A stretch of DNA of 64,000 nucleotides, from contig OZ024740.1 in the NCBI GenBank assembly GCA_964016885.1, positions 315,704,001 through 315,768,000 on the forward strand, written 5' to 3'. This DNA is from Eledone cirrhosa. Lineage: Eukaryota. Below are positions 39,241 to 51,001 of this stretch, piece by piece (within the stretch, counting starts at the first letter, position 1; each line of letters opens with the position of its first letter). A program made the translations under genes and the position numbers. The notes under the pieces are model-generated. The model was not told where the DNA came from and did no database searches. It was given only the letters and a program-made list of their open reading frames with translations.

Positions 39241-40146
39241 GGAAAAAATGAAACAAAATTTCATTTCCCACTCTTAGTACAGCTGTTACTTAAATATAAA
39301 TATGTATACGTACATACATATATGTATACAGACGTACAGTAGTATGTATATATATATATATACATGCACACATATATATATATGTATGTATGGATTCACC
39401 GAACATTTATTATAATGCTCGGTGTGTTTGTAAACAAACATCCCGTATTAAGCCGTAGTGTCTAGCAACCATCGTTGCTCGTTTGTTCAACACTGACAAA
39501 GGAACGCTATACTAGTTTCAAGCTTATTAGCTATCGTCAGCAACGTATACCTTCATGCCAGATGATTGAACGTCTGAAAGTATATACTTTCCTTATGCAT
39601 ATTAACAGCTGAGTAGCCCAATTTGCATATCGAGTGGGTTAATCGGCCGGGTGCACCGAAAATGATAAACGGAAAAAATGAAACGAAATTTCATTTCCCA
39701 CTCTTAGTACAGCTGTTACTTAAATATAAGTATGTATACGGACATACATATATGTATACAGACGTACAGTAGTATGTATATATATATACATACACACATA
39801 TATGTATACAGACGTACAGTAGTATGTATATATATATACATACACACATATATGTATACAGACGTACAGTAGTATGTATATATATATACATACACACATA
39901 TATGTATACAGACGTACAGTAGTATGTATATATATATACATACACACATATATATATGTACGTATGGATTTGTCAGTGTTGAACAAACGAGCAACGATGG
40001 TTGCTAGACACTATGGCTTAATACGGGATGTTTGTTTACAAACACACCGAGCATTATAATAAATGTTAGGTGAATCCATACGTACATATATATATATACA
40101 TACTACTGTATATATATATATGTATGTACGTATACATACTTATATA
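39235..40146. mobile_element. Penelope/retrozyme-like unit: 430-bp direct-repeat period, then an inverted segment
   Basis: 39235-39360 repeats at 39665-39790; four 50-bp tandem units at 39751-39950; 39388-39500 is inverted at 39969-40082; hammerhead at 39505-39545; TA runs at both ends. Confidence 0.75.
39505..39545 (-). ncRNA. Minimal type I hammerhead ribozyme motif
   Basis: Minus strand: cgttg-CTGACGA-tagct-aata-agctt-GAAA-ctag-TA-tagcg; palindromic actagt stem III. Confidence 0.72.
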
Positions 40147-40256
40147 TATATATATAAGTAGAAGTGGTATTTAATTTGTTGGAAGTCCGACAAACAAATG
40201 TTTATAACTGATTTAGAGCACTCAACGATAAGGTATGATTTTCATGGGTATGTCTC

Positions 40257-40359
40257 TATTTATAAAACAAACTTTGTATTTTATCTGATGAAAGTGTACC
40301 AATGTTGTCTTGGTTACCCTTGAAATATATATAATAAAATAAATATGGTTTTATAAATA
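40257..40359 (+). ncRNA. Type I hammerhead ribozyme motif (core 40277-40341)
   Basis: tattttat-CTGATGA-aagtgtaccaa/tgttgtc/ttggttaccctt-GAAA-t-atat-a-TA-ataaaata; stem I is extended by tatttataaaac/gttttataaata. Confidence 0.82.
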
Positions 40360-40424
40360 TAGTTTCCATTTATTTAATATCATAATATAAAATGACATAT
40401 TTGAACATGATATATAATTAAAAA

Positions 40425-40465
<41 letters not shown>

Positions 40466-40577
40466 GGGCAGTGATTGGCAGTATCGGTAGAGCATCAGAA
40501 ACATGCTTTATGGCATATAGTTACGTCCTTTTACCATGTAAGTTCAAATTCTGCCAAGGTTAGCTTTGCTTTTCACC

Positions 40578-41065
40578 TGTAGCAAGCTACTTTCCTTTGG
40601 CTATTCGTGCGTGATTTGGCTAAGTCAGGCCAATCGTGAGCCGCGCACGGATATATATTTCCAACTTCCACCTAAACAGAGATTTTCCCACTTTCTTTCG
40701 ATATACTGTCTCTTGTAGTTTTGACCATTTTTTCTTTTGCCGTTCGACCACTAGCCAATATGTAACAATAACAACATTACTACGGCCTGGCCAGCACCTC
40801 AGCCAGTCGACCGTACTTTCTAAACTCTTAATTTGTTCATTCCTTTGTTTGGCATGCCAGCTCAACCTTTGTAGTCGGTTTGTAAATAAATTATGTAAAA
40901 ACATTGTAAAGTCTTGTGATGCTATTACCACAGCCATAGATAGCCTTTAAATGTGATATGGAAAGATCCTTTCCAGAGTTATCATCACAGCAGAAACAGA
41001 ACCTGGGACTTACAGCCAAATCAACTAACATTGCCATATAACAAAACCATACCTTTCTTGCTACA
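40578..41065. mobile_element. LTR-like segment inside an insertion that splits a SINE
   Basis: Starts tgtagcaag, has tatata and aataaa, and a 9-bp inverted end cttgctaca; SINE halves lie at 40465-40573 and 41231-41345; no clean target-site duplication. Confidence 0.45.
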
Positions 41066-42023
41066 ACAAAATCCATCATTATTATTATTATTATTATTAT
41101 TATTGTCGTTGATATTATTATTACATGGCATAATATTATTTTTCTGCTAAACTGGTGACTATTAAATGTCTGCTATATTGGTGACCTCTGTTGATACCAA
41201 TACTATTATCATTATTAATCCTCTGCTAAACATCCTTATGGTGTCAATAAAATAAAGTACCAGTAATGCACTGGATCAGTTTAATCAACTTTCGCCTCGC
41301 CTAAAAAGTTGTTAGCCTTGTACCTAAATCAGAAACTATTATTATTAGGGCAGTATCGGTAGAGTGTCGGGCACCATGCTTTGCAGCAGAATTACGACCC
41401 TTTAGAATCTGAGTTCAAATCCTGTTGAGGTTAGCTTAACCTTTCTTCCTTATGAGGTCGATATAATAAAGTACCAGTATGCACTGGAGTCAATCTGATT
41501 GACTTTCACCTCCAATAAAATTGTTGGCCTTGTGCCTAAATCAGAAACCATTATTACTGTCCCTATGATCATTACCACCAACAACACTAACACCACCACC
41601 TTTAGAAAACATTACTATTACCAGTGTGCCCATCTTCACATCACCAAGGACAATCATTCTCATTGCCAACATCTCTGACACCATCAACACCACTGTTAAT
41701 CAATAGAATCGCTAATGTTGCCTCTTAAAGAGTTAATTATACCACCGCTACATTTATATGTAGTCAGTAGAGCTTCGGATTTTATTATGGCTTCCATAGG
41801 GAAGGAATCTGTGGGTCGCGTGTTCAAATCCCTCTGCGAGTGAATATACTGCCTTTTTCCTACATTGTAAATGTGGTTGGTGTTAGGAAAGGCAGCCAGC
41901 TGTAGAAAACCTGCCAGATACTGTCCTATATGAACGAGACAGCCACCCGATCAATCTTGCTTCATGTAGGAAAATTCCCGTCTAATCCATGCTAGCATGG
42001 AGGATAGAAGTTAAACGATGATT

Positions 42024-42253
<230 letters not shown>

Positions 42254-42959
42254 TTTTCCTAGTAACAAAATACCAAACATGGTGTCTCCACCACTGTTAT
42301 TCTATAGGCATCATTAACCTAACTTAAAGAGTTTATTAGAAACTTTTCCACACAAGTTATATATATCTACTTGTTTCTAGTAACCAAACACCAAATATGA
42401 GCACCAGCACAAAGCTAGCTTATCCCCAACCAGCTTTAACTGATAACGCTAATTTAATTACCAGGAATGACACCAATTGAGGTCATTAACTCATCAACTG
42501 CACCAAACTATACTAAAATTACAGTAAGAGTATGCTATAGTTTGGGTGGTTAAACGGAAGATAAAGTTATATATATATTATATATACAGACATTTATTAG
42601 GAGGATTGAAGGTGGTGGTGTAACTAGGGAAAATAGCACTATGGCAAGCAGGGAAATAGCACCCCCTACCCAGGATCTGTATTTTTACCTATGGGTCTTA
42701 TAATTTATATAAAAGATTTAAAGTTCCAGCCACCATAGTGCTTCTTACTCATGATAATCAGAGATAGAACATACATCTGAAAAAGTTTCTTTTTTCACTC
42801 TCTGACGATAGCTCATCTGACTTTATTAGAAAATGCTCCTAGTCCATGTGGTGTCTATGGCACATGCCCTCCAATGGTCACTTTCCCCACTCACATATTC
42901 TATTTTACTTAATACTGCCTACATAAAAAGGAATACCCTTAATCCTGCATATATCCACA

Positions 42960-43290
42960 CACATGCCTACAAAGTCAGAAAACAGCACAGTTCCCATGAC
43001 TTTCGGAAACATTTTTTCACGCTCAGAGTTGCTGAAGCATGGAACAAACTACCTGCATCAGTTGTTAGCTGTCGAGACACTGCATCCTTTAAAACCTCCA
43101 TGCTTCCCGAGATTCGCCAACACTACACCTAATGTTCCCCCTCCATACACATACACACATGTATATCATGACTCATACACTATTCACTTCCCTGACATTT
43201 GTTTATTATTCTATGTACTATACATGCACCTTTGACGAGTTGTAGTGCACCTGAGCACTGTACACAATAATTTCAATATTATTATTAACA
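42960..43290 (+). mobile_element. 3' end of a CR1-type LINE
   Basis: HAYKVRKQHSSHDFRKHFFTLRVAEAWNKLPASVV..FK matches the CR1 C-terminal 'RK.FF..RV...WN.LP..VV...FK' pattern. Confidence 0.82.
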
Positions 43291-43829
43291 TCCCGTCTAG
43301 CTCCCTCCAATATTATGATGTATTCCACAGCAACCTTCTGAGTGATCTGACAACACTTCAGCCTTCCAAGTCTTAACATCCTCCACTCTACACTAGCATC
43401 CACTCATGCTCCTCCTCCTGACTCTCTCTCTCTCTCAATAACAGATATGAAGCTCCCATTGCTCCCTCCACAGGGCCTCTTCTGACATACTCTTCCTCAC
43501 CCTACCAAGCTCATACTGACCTCTCTAGCGTTGCTACCATGATAAAATTCACCAGTACATTCTGTAAAGTGGATGGCACTAGGAAGGGCTACAGAAAATG
43601 GTACATAGGAACAAGATGGTTTTTCAACCTATCTCAGACAGTGACAACCCACCCCAACCCATACAAGCACAGACAACAGATGTAAAATAATAATGATGAT
43701 GAATATATATATGCTTTTTTTTTCTAAAAAGGCTGACTGAATAAATACATGCTTTTTCTCAAAAAAAAAAAGTTCCTTTCCTTCCTCTTCTCCCTGTTTA
43801 TTTTTCTATTTCATCTTTTATTTCTCATT

Positions 43830-43870
43830 CTATCTACTGATGAAGGACTAGTATCTGAAACATAAAGGCT
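43830..43870 (+). ncRNA. Strongly decayed hammerhead-like motif
   Basis: CTGATGA-aggactagtatct-GAAA-cata; stems I and III are poorly paired. Confidence 0.35.
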
Positions 43871-44040
43871 CTTTTCCTACTGTATCAAGTGTTAAACTAA
43901 TATATTTATTCATTGTGCTGTGTTGTTTGCTTAGTTGTTTCCATTTACTTTTTGCATATATATAACTATGGATTCAGTTTGAAACTAGTTAGACCATTAC
44001 TCAACAGAGTACTAAATACTTGAGGTAGTAGGGTATGGTT

Positions 44041-44153
44041 ATATTATATAGAGTCGGAAACCCAACGATTGAACTCTTGCTATTTCAGATGTCTGGAACT
44101 AACTGTTGAAACGGCAAGAGCTCAGCCGTCAGGGTCCCGACTCTTTATAATAT
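44041..44153. repeat. Imperfect fold-back ending in a TA run
   Basis: atattatatagagtcggaaaccc...ctcttgc / gcaagag...gggtcccgactctttataatat. Confidence 0.8.
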
Positions 44154-44805
44154 ATATATATATATCTGTGTGAGGTTGATGGATGCAGGAATGAGTACCC
44201 AGATGTGCTATATTATCTAGATGTGCCACCCAGATACTCTGTGATATGATAATACATATTACACAGATAAACCTAGGTTCAATTTACTCAGGCAGAAATA
44301 TTTCCCTATAGCCTGTTAATGGTGTTTTTACTAGTTTTAGGGACCCCCCCCCCCCTCAAACCTTATGTGATTCAAATGGAAATGTATATTGGAATAGTTT
44401 CCTGTTGTTTTTTCTAGACATATGGAAGGATTTCAGCTGAGCATTGAAAGTTAAACACTTGACAATTTATACAACAACCACAGCTCTTGTTATTCTTGGA
44501 TATACTTTCTATGTATGGATATATTTTCTAAAAGAGAAAAGATATCTTGTTAGTAGGACAGCTGAAAGTCTTTAGTAGGAGTAGTTAAAAACATGAACTA
44601 AATATAATATACTTTAGCGCTAAATACTCTTTCTTTCTCCCCTTGTAAGGTGTAGACTATATTTTTAGAATATTGAGATAAACACTTTCAATTCCAGAAT
44701 GATATATATCTTTACTCAACTGAAATGTTATGTAGCAGTATTTTAGTATTCACATTGCTTGCAGTACTTCATTTATTTGTGTCACTTTCATTTCATTTTT
44801 CTCCA

Positions 44806-45031
44806 TTAACCATTTAACATTTAATTTACTCTATATTTACTACTGTATTTTCACGGTAAACACTTTACCTCACAATTATCTCATATAATATTGAATTTAT
44901 GAGATTTTGGTATTATTTATTTGAGGACAATACCTTAACATAAGTAGGAGCAGCTGGTTATGGCCAGTTTGAACAGAAAGAGGTGAGAGAATTCTGGCTG
45001 GATACAGCCGGTTTAAATATTAAAGGGTTAA
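44806..45031. mobile_element. TTAA-flanked MITE copy
   Basis: Same family as 23481-23708, opposite orientation. Confidence 0.75.
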
Positions 45032-45087
45032 AAGTATTCTCTTAATTTTTAGAGACTGTTGGAAACTAGTATGTTATTTGCAATAAA

Positions 45088-45266
45088 AGGCAGTATCGGT
45101 AGAGGGTCGGACGCCATGCTTTCCAGCATAGTTACGTCCCTTTACGATCTGAGTTCAAATCCCGCCGAGGTTGACTTTGCCTTTCATCCTTACGGGGTCG
45201 ATAAAATAAAGTACCAGTAATGCACTGGATAATTGCTGGCCTTGTGCCTAAAGTAGAAACAATTAT
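45088..45266 (+). mobile_element. tRNA-SINE copy, close to family consensus
   Basis: ggcagtatcggtagagggtcggacgccatg...gagttcaaatcccgccgagg...gtagaaacaattatt. Confidence 0.9.
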
Positions 45267-46392
45267 TTGATTTCAGAACTGTAAATCATTAGATTAGTGA
45301 CGATATATTATCTAAGCTAATAATATGTGCAGGATAAGAGTTGAAGTTTTATATTCTGTCTCCATATCATGGCAAATTGGTAGAATCATTAGAACACCAG
45401 ATTGACTGCTTTGTGGCATTCAACCTGGCTCTCTGTGTTCTGAGTTCAAATCCCGCCAAAGTCATCTTTCCCTCTCATCCTTTAAAGGTTGATTAAAAAA
45501 GTACCAGTCTAGTACTGAAACCAATTCTTCCTCTGTATCTCTTTCTCAATTTTTCCCTATCGTTCTCTCTCCTCTGAAAGAAATCATCAGTGTTCAGACC
45601 TGGAGAGGGATGAGCTCTGCCAGGTTTAAAATGCCTAAAACATGCTGTATATTACTACAGCATCCCTATGACTCCATCAAAAGTTATGTGTCCATACATA
45701 CATATTCTGTCTTTATACTGGCAATGATATTAAAACTCTGGGTCTATCTACTATAGAGAGACACAACACATCCAAAAGATTTCCTAGCTTATAGTAATTC
45801 TCCCACAGGAAGAAGCTTGCAAAATGTGGTGTTCTTATTTAAAGATAAAACTCTCCCCATTTTATGTCAAAGTTGATAAACCTTGATTATAACATCATCC
45901 AGCTGCGGGATGAATGGTTTATATCCTGTGTATTATGTTCAAATCCCGCTGAAGTTAGCTTTACCTTTCATCCTCACAGGGTTGATAAAATAAAGTACCA
46001 GTAACACACTGGGGTCGATTTAATCAATGTTTCCCTCCTCCAAAATTGTTTGCCTTGTGCCTAAATCAGAAATCCTTATTTCTGTGACCAATATACTGAA
46101 CTCTCAAATGACCCAGTCCCTTGAGCTGTTATTAGGTACCACAGGACAGAAACAAGGCAATACCTTTGCCATTTTATCCACAGGGTGCAGCTGAAGCTGC
46201 TTAGACTGAGGTGTAGAGCCTGTCGCTCCCTCCCCTTCTTCCTTTCTTTCATTACTTAATTCCCCTTCTATTTTCTTACTCTCCTAGCTTATTTTTTGTT
46301 TCCTTATAACCATGTATATTATACCATATTTTTACTATTGGATATTTGTTATTGCAATAAACTTAAGCTTAAGTGGATAAAAATATAGATAC

Positions 46393-46426
<34 letters not shown>

Positions 46427-46551
46427 TCAGTAAATTGAATATTTGAATAAATTAATAATTAACAATTCAATATTATAGTGGTAGTAATATAACATTGACA
46501 AGAAGGTTTTTAGCTTATTGTTATGATTTCAACTGATATAGAATTGATCTT

Positions 46552-46776
46552 TTAACCTTTTAACATTTAAACTGGCCATATCCAGCCAGAATGCTCTCAC
46601 CTCTTTCTGTTCAAACCCGGCTGTAACCAGCTGTTTATACCAACGTAAAGGTATTGTTCTCAAAATAAATAATAACATCCTCAAAATTTCATAGATTTGA
46701 TATTATGTGAGATAATTATGTAAGATAAAGCCTTTACTGCAAAAATGCAATAGTAATGTAAATGCTAAAGAGTTAA
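46552..46776. mobile_element. TTAA-flanked MITE copy
   Basis: Same family as 23481-23708. Confidence 0.8.
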
Positions 46777-47279
46777 TATCTAGTAATGATTGAGCAGAAA
46801 ATATCTAAAAATGAGTTTATTCATTCAAATGTTTATCATATTTTTACTGGACAAATTGTTGTGGAAATTTGCAGTAAGCTAAAGTAAAGACTTCAATTTT
46901 TTATGTGATGCAGACAGTGTTCTTTTATATTTTTTTAGAATGTTTTGCTAATGCAGTTTCATATAGTACAGGATTTTAAGAAATAATGGTTTCTTATATA
47001 GGCACAAGGCCAGCAATTTTTTTTTTGGGGGGGGGGGGTTTAGATTTAATCGACCTCAGTGCGTGCCTGGTACTTTATTTTATTGACCCCATAAGGATGA
47101 AAGGCAAAGTTAACCTCGGCGGGATTTGAACTCAGATCATGAAGGGCCGTAACTCTATGCTGCTAAGTATGGTGTCTGACGCTCTACCGATACTGCTAAT
47201 CATAATGGTTAGTGGTAAGAAACTCTCAGGAGAGCTGGACAGCAGAAGTTCTTCAGAAAAGAAACATCCTCCTTCAAGC

Positions 47280-47461
47280 ATTTCAGCCCTTAACTTCTTA
47301 TACTCTAAACCAGCTGGGCCACATCCAGGTAATGACTCCTGGTGGACCTTCTGTTGACATCTAACCATTCAGATTGGAGACTCGTGTATTTAAACAGTAA
47401 GGAGATTTTGTTGACAGGATCTAGCTGAAATTCCTCTCTGTTACCTCTGCTTTCAAACTTA
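47280..47461. repeat. Unclassified ~180-bp repeat; second copy at 61282-61461
   Basis: tttcagcccttaacttct...gccacatccaggtaa.gactcctgg...gaaattcctctc...tctgctttcaaactta is present at both sites. Confidence 0.75.
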
Positions 47462-47726
47462 TATTTGAATGCTTTTCTTGTTCTCTATTATATTTTTCAA
47501 GAATGTTTTGCTAATGTGGTTTTATGTGGTACAGGATATTAAGAGTTAATGGCTATATCTGATAACAAAAATTAAAGTAATTAACTCTACCATCAGACAA
47601 CAGGAATAAATAATGACACCACACCTACTAGTTACACTTTGTACAGTGATGTAGATTGAGTGTGTGCCACCTGGGACAGCCCTTCAGTTTGCCACCCCCA
47701 GACCCCACACAAAATACATATTGCTC

Positions 47727-47758
<32 letters not shown>

Positions 47759-47835
47759 ACAAAGGAATTGTGGTAAGGAACCAGATGGACCATAACGCAC
47801 CAGAGTACTCAATACTTAGGGTAGTAGAGTGGGAA

Positions 47836-47964
47836 ATAGGAAAAAGTATGACCCGACGGCAGAGCTCAAGCCGTTTCGACGCCTATTTCTGGACTACAGA
47901 AATAGTCCAGAAATAGCCGTCGAAAAGGCTTGAGCTCTGCCGTCGGGGTCATACTTTTTCCTAT
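47836..47964. repeat. Near-perfect fold-back with ~60-bp arms ending in a TA run
   Basis: ataggaaaaagtatgacccgacggcagagctcaagcc...ggcttgagctctgccgtcggggtcatactttttcctat. Confidence 0.92.
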
Positions 47965-48005
47965 ATATATATTGGAAAATGTGTAAAATCCTTGGTACAG
48001 TTAGG

Positions 48006-49007
48006 TATATTTAAAAAAAGGAAAAGAATGACTTCACTTGTAGTTCTAAACAATTTGATTTATTTTTTTAAAATATTATATTATGAGTTGGTAGATCTAG
48101 TAAGTTCTTTGTTAACTTCGGTGGGAAGATTTTTAAAGATTCCTGGTTAACTTTCTCACATTCATCAGTGGCGATTGTCAAACTGAGATCAGGTTGTGTT
48201 GTGATGTGTGGCTCTATATAAGAGAGATTTGGATGTGTCTTATATATAGAGCCACACATCACAACACAGCCTGATCTCAGTTTGACAATCGCCACTGAAG
48301 AATGCGAGAAAGTTCTCCAGGTAAGTTAACCAGGAATCTTTAAAAATCTTCCCACCGAAGTTAACAAAGAACTTACTAGATCTACCAATAATATTACAAT
48401 ATTATAAAAATCAAATCAAATTGTTTAGAACACAGGTTCTCAACCCATTTAGGCCAAACGCCCCCCCCCCCCCCCTATTTTTTCACTTTTTCAATATACT
48501 ACTGATTTTTATATCAGTAGATTACTAAAAAATTGATTAACAATATTCCAAACATGTGTGTATTATCTGATTATGTGTTGTATGTGGTCCTAGATGTGTG
48601 TTCTACTCGCTTCTGTTTTTTTCTTTTCTTTTTTTTATTTCAAATATTATTTATACAATAGGGAATAAAATAGATCTACATAGTGTTAACTCGTTACGGT
48701 TGAGTCAATAATTTCAGACATGAAATACATTGTTATCGGTGAAGGAAAGATAAGATTCTAACTGGCTGCGCTCAAAGTGTCTTTGACTCAGTTGACTGTG
48801 GATTTTTCCATTTTTAACTGGTAATTGAGATCCTAAAAATGGAAAAACCCAGCGCCCCCCTAACCCCTCCTCCAGCTCCAAACGTGACCTTGCTCCCAAA
48901 CGCCCCCCTGGAGTTCCGAAACGCCCCCCGGGGGTGCATATGCTCCCCGTTGAGAACCTTTGGTTTAGAAGTATAAATGAAGTCATTCTTTTCCTTTTTT
49001 AAATATA
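48006..49007. repeat. Large palindrome (~215-bp arms) whose right arm is interrupted by a hAT MITE
   Basis: 48006-48220 is mirrored by 48243-48430 plus 48963-49007. Confidence 0.9.
48431..48962. mobile_element. Non-autonomous hAT (Charlie-like) element
   Basis: TIRs cacaggttctcaac / gttgagaacctttg; perfect 8-bp TSD gtttagaa at 48423-48430 and 48963-48970; subterminal cgccccc repeats. Confidence 0.9.
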
Positions 49008-49017
49008 TATATATGCA

Positions 49018-49144
49018 CCCACTGATGAATTATAGGAGCCCACTTGAATATATATCTATTGATGGTATACAAGCTCCTACATAAATTGGTATAATTTCAC
49101 CCAAATTGTAGGAATCCTATAATAAAACGAGACGTCCGTCTGGG
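49018..49144 (+). ncRNA. Decayed type I hammerhead motif with long branched stem II (GAAA mutated to AAAA)
   Basis: ccca-CTGATGA-attatagga...tcctataat-AAAA-cgagacgtccg-TC-tggg. Confidence 0.7.
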
Positions 49145-50786
49145 AAGAGATATATTAGATATGTCTCATTTGAAATAATACAGCCAATTTTCCACGCAAT
49201 ACTTTTAGTTAGCACCCCGAACACATAATTGGGAATATAATCACTTATTTCCTAATGTTTGTTGAGTGAGTTGGAATTTGGCCGGAGTATCGCTAAAAAG
49301 CTTTCTCCGATATTGTATTTATTTACTTACTCTTGGTGCAGCAGATTTGAAAAAAATTCCTGGTATAAGGTTAGCATTTCTTTGTTTATTTTTTATCATA
49401 AAACATGTCTATAGAATCACAAGATAAAATATATACTATTTCTTCTCCCAATTAGCATAATTAACTATATAAAAAATCGAATAGACCAGGCTATACGAAT
49501 GAGGCTTCTATGAAGGAATCTCCAACAAATAACCAAAACTAGCGCTTCGCGCCGGCCGTAGTGGAATATTTATCGAATATCTCGACAGCGTAATCGTCTA
49601 GATACAGTCAACTAAGCAGAATTAGGTTTAAAATAAACTAGGAGAAAAAAAATATATATATATATATATATCTAGTCTGTATACAATTATAATATACTGT
49701 GGCATTAAAAGAACACTTATAGCCTACAGCAGACCTAAATGTGCCACCCCCATAACAGTGTCACCCGAGGCAGACCCCCCCCCCCCCCCCCCGCCCGCGA
49801 TGCTAAATACTAAAATAATCTTTCATTACTATATTGCTAATGAAATACACTGCTTAGGATTTTCAAATAATCAAGAATTTGGAGGGATTTAGTAATGTAA
49901 TAATTAACTTTCTCATTATAAAGTTGGTGTAAGGGTTGTTGATTGGCTGCATTGGTAGAACACCAGACGCCATGTTTTACGGCATAGAGCTATGTCCCTT
50001 TACTTTCTGAGTTCAAATCCTGCAGAGGTTAACTTTGCTTTTCATCCTTGCGGAGTCAATAAAATAAAGTACCAGTAATGCTCTGGAGAAGATTTAATCG
50101 ACTTTCCCCTCCCCCCAAAATTGTTGCCCTTGTGACTAAATCAGAAACCGTTATTAAGCTGGTGTTTTGAACATAAAAAATGTTCTTACATGAAATGATT
50201 GGTGAAAGGTTTTTACATAACTATAAATACTATCAAATAAATAGTTTTATATCATAAAACCAGCAGCAATTTCAGGTGGTTTGTTATCAAAAGGTTTAAT
50301 ATTATACTCAGATAATTCAACACTATCAATTCACCAGACAGTCCTGCCTTAGCCATAAAATTATTGAACTACAAAGTTCTACTCTGTTGATGTGACATCC
50401 ATTTATATTGAATCCAATTTGGTGCAATGGTAATGATAAACCAGAGTCAGTTGTTCTGTCATGTATGTCACAAGGCCCATAGGAGATCTTTAAATCTGTC
50501 ATTCAGTCATTCAAGTCTGGGTATTTGTTATTTATATACCAATTACTGTGATCTGCTGCACCTACACATAGCTCCTACTTAAAAATAGTTAGTCATAACC
50601 AGAAATAATTAACATTACCATATTTCTAATAAAATACATTGTATCTGAAATAATAACTGGAGAATTTGACAGGATTTACTAAACTTATTTAAATGATTGT
50701 AAACATTTATAACTTCAATACATTGATGTCAGTGGTTGATGCCGCAGAATGATCATACAAAATGTGGTTGAACTCACAAAGTTGGC

Positions 50787-51001
50787 ATAACCCTTTAGCA
50801 TTTAAACCAGCCATATCCGACCAGAATTTTCTTGCCTCTTTCTGTTCAAACTGGCTGTAACCGGCTGCTCATAGTATGTTAAGGTATTGTTCTCAAAATA
50901 AATAATATCAAAATCTCATATATTCAATATTATGTGCAGTAAAGTCTTTACCATGAAAATATAATAGTAAATATAGAATAATGTAAATGCTAAAGGGTTA
51001 A
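50787..51001. mobile_element. TTAA-flanked MITE copy
   Basis: ccctttagcattta...taaatgctaaaggg-ttaa. Confidence 0.85.

Noticed and set aside
39751-39950. Regular 50-bp repeats (also the 48-bp and 24-bp arrays) as a possible CRISPR array
   Set aside because: Head-to-tail units with no unique spacers, no cas genes, and a eukaryotic context.
42795-42845. ctgacga...gaaa as a hammerhead
   Set aside because: No convincing stem I, II or III pairing and no properly placed UH site.
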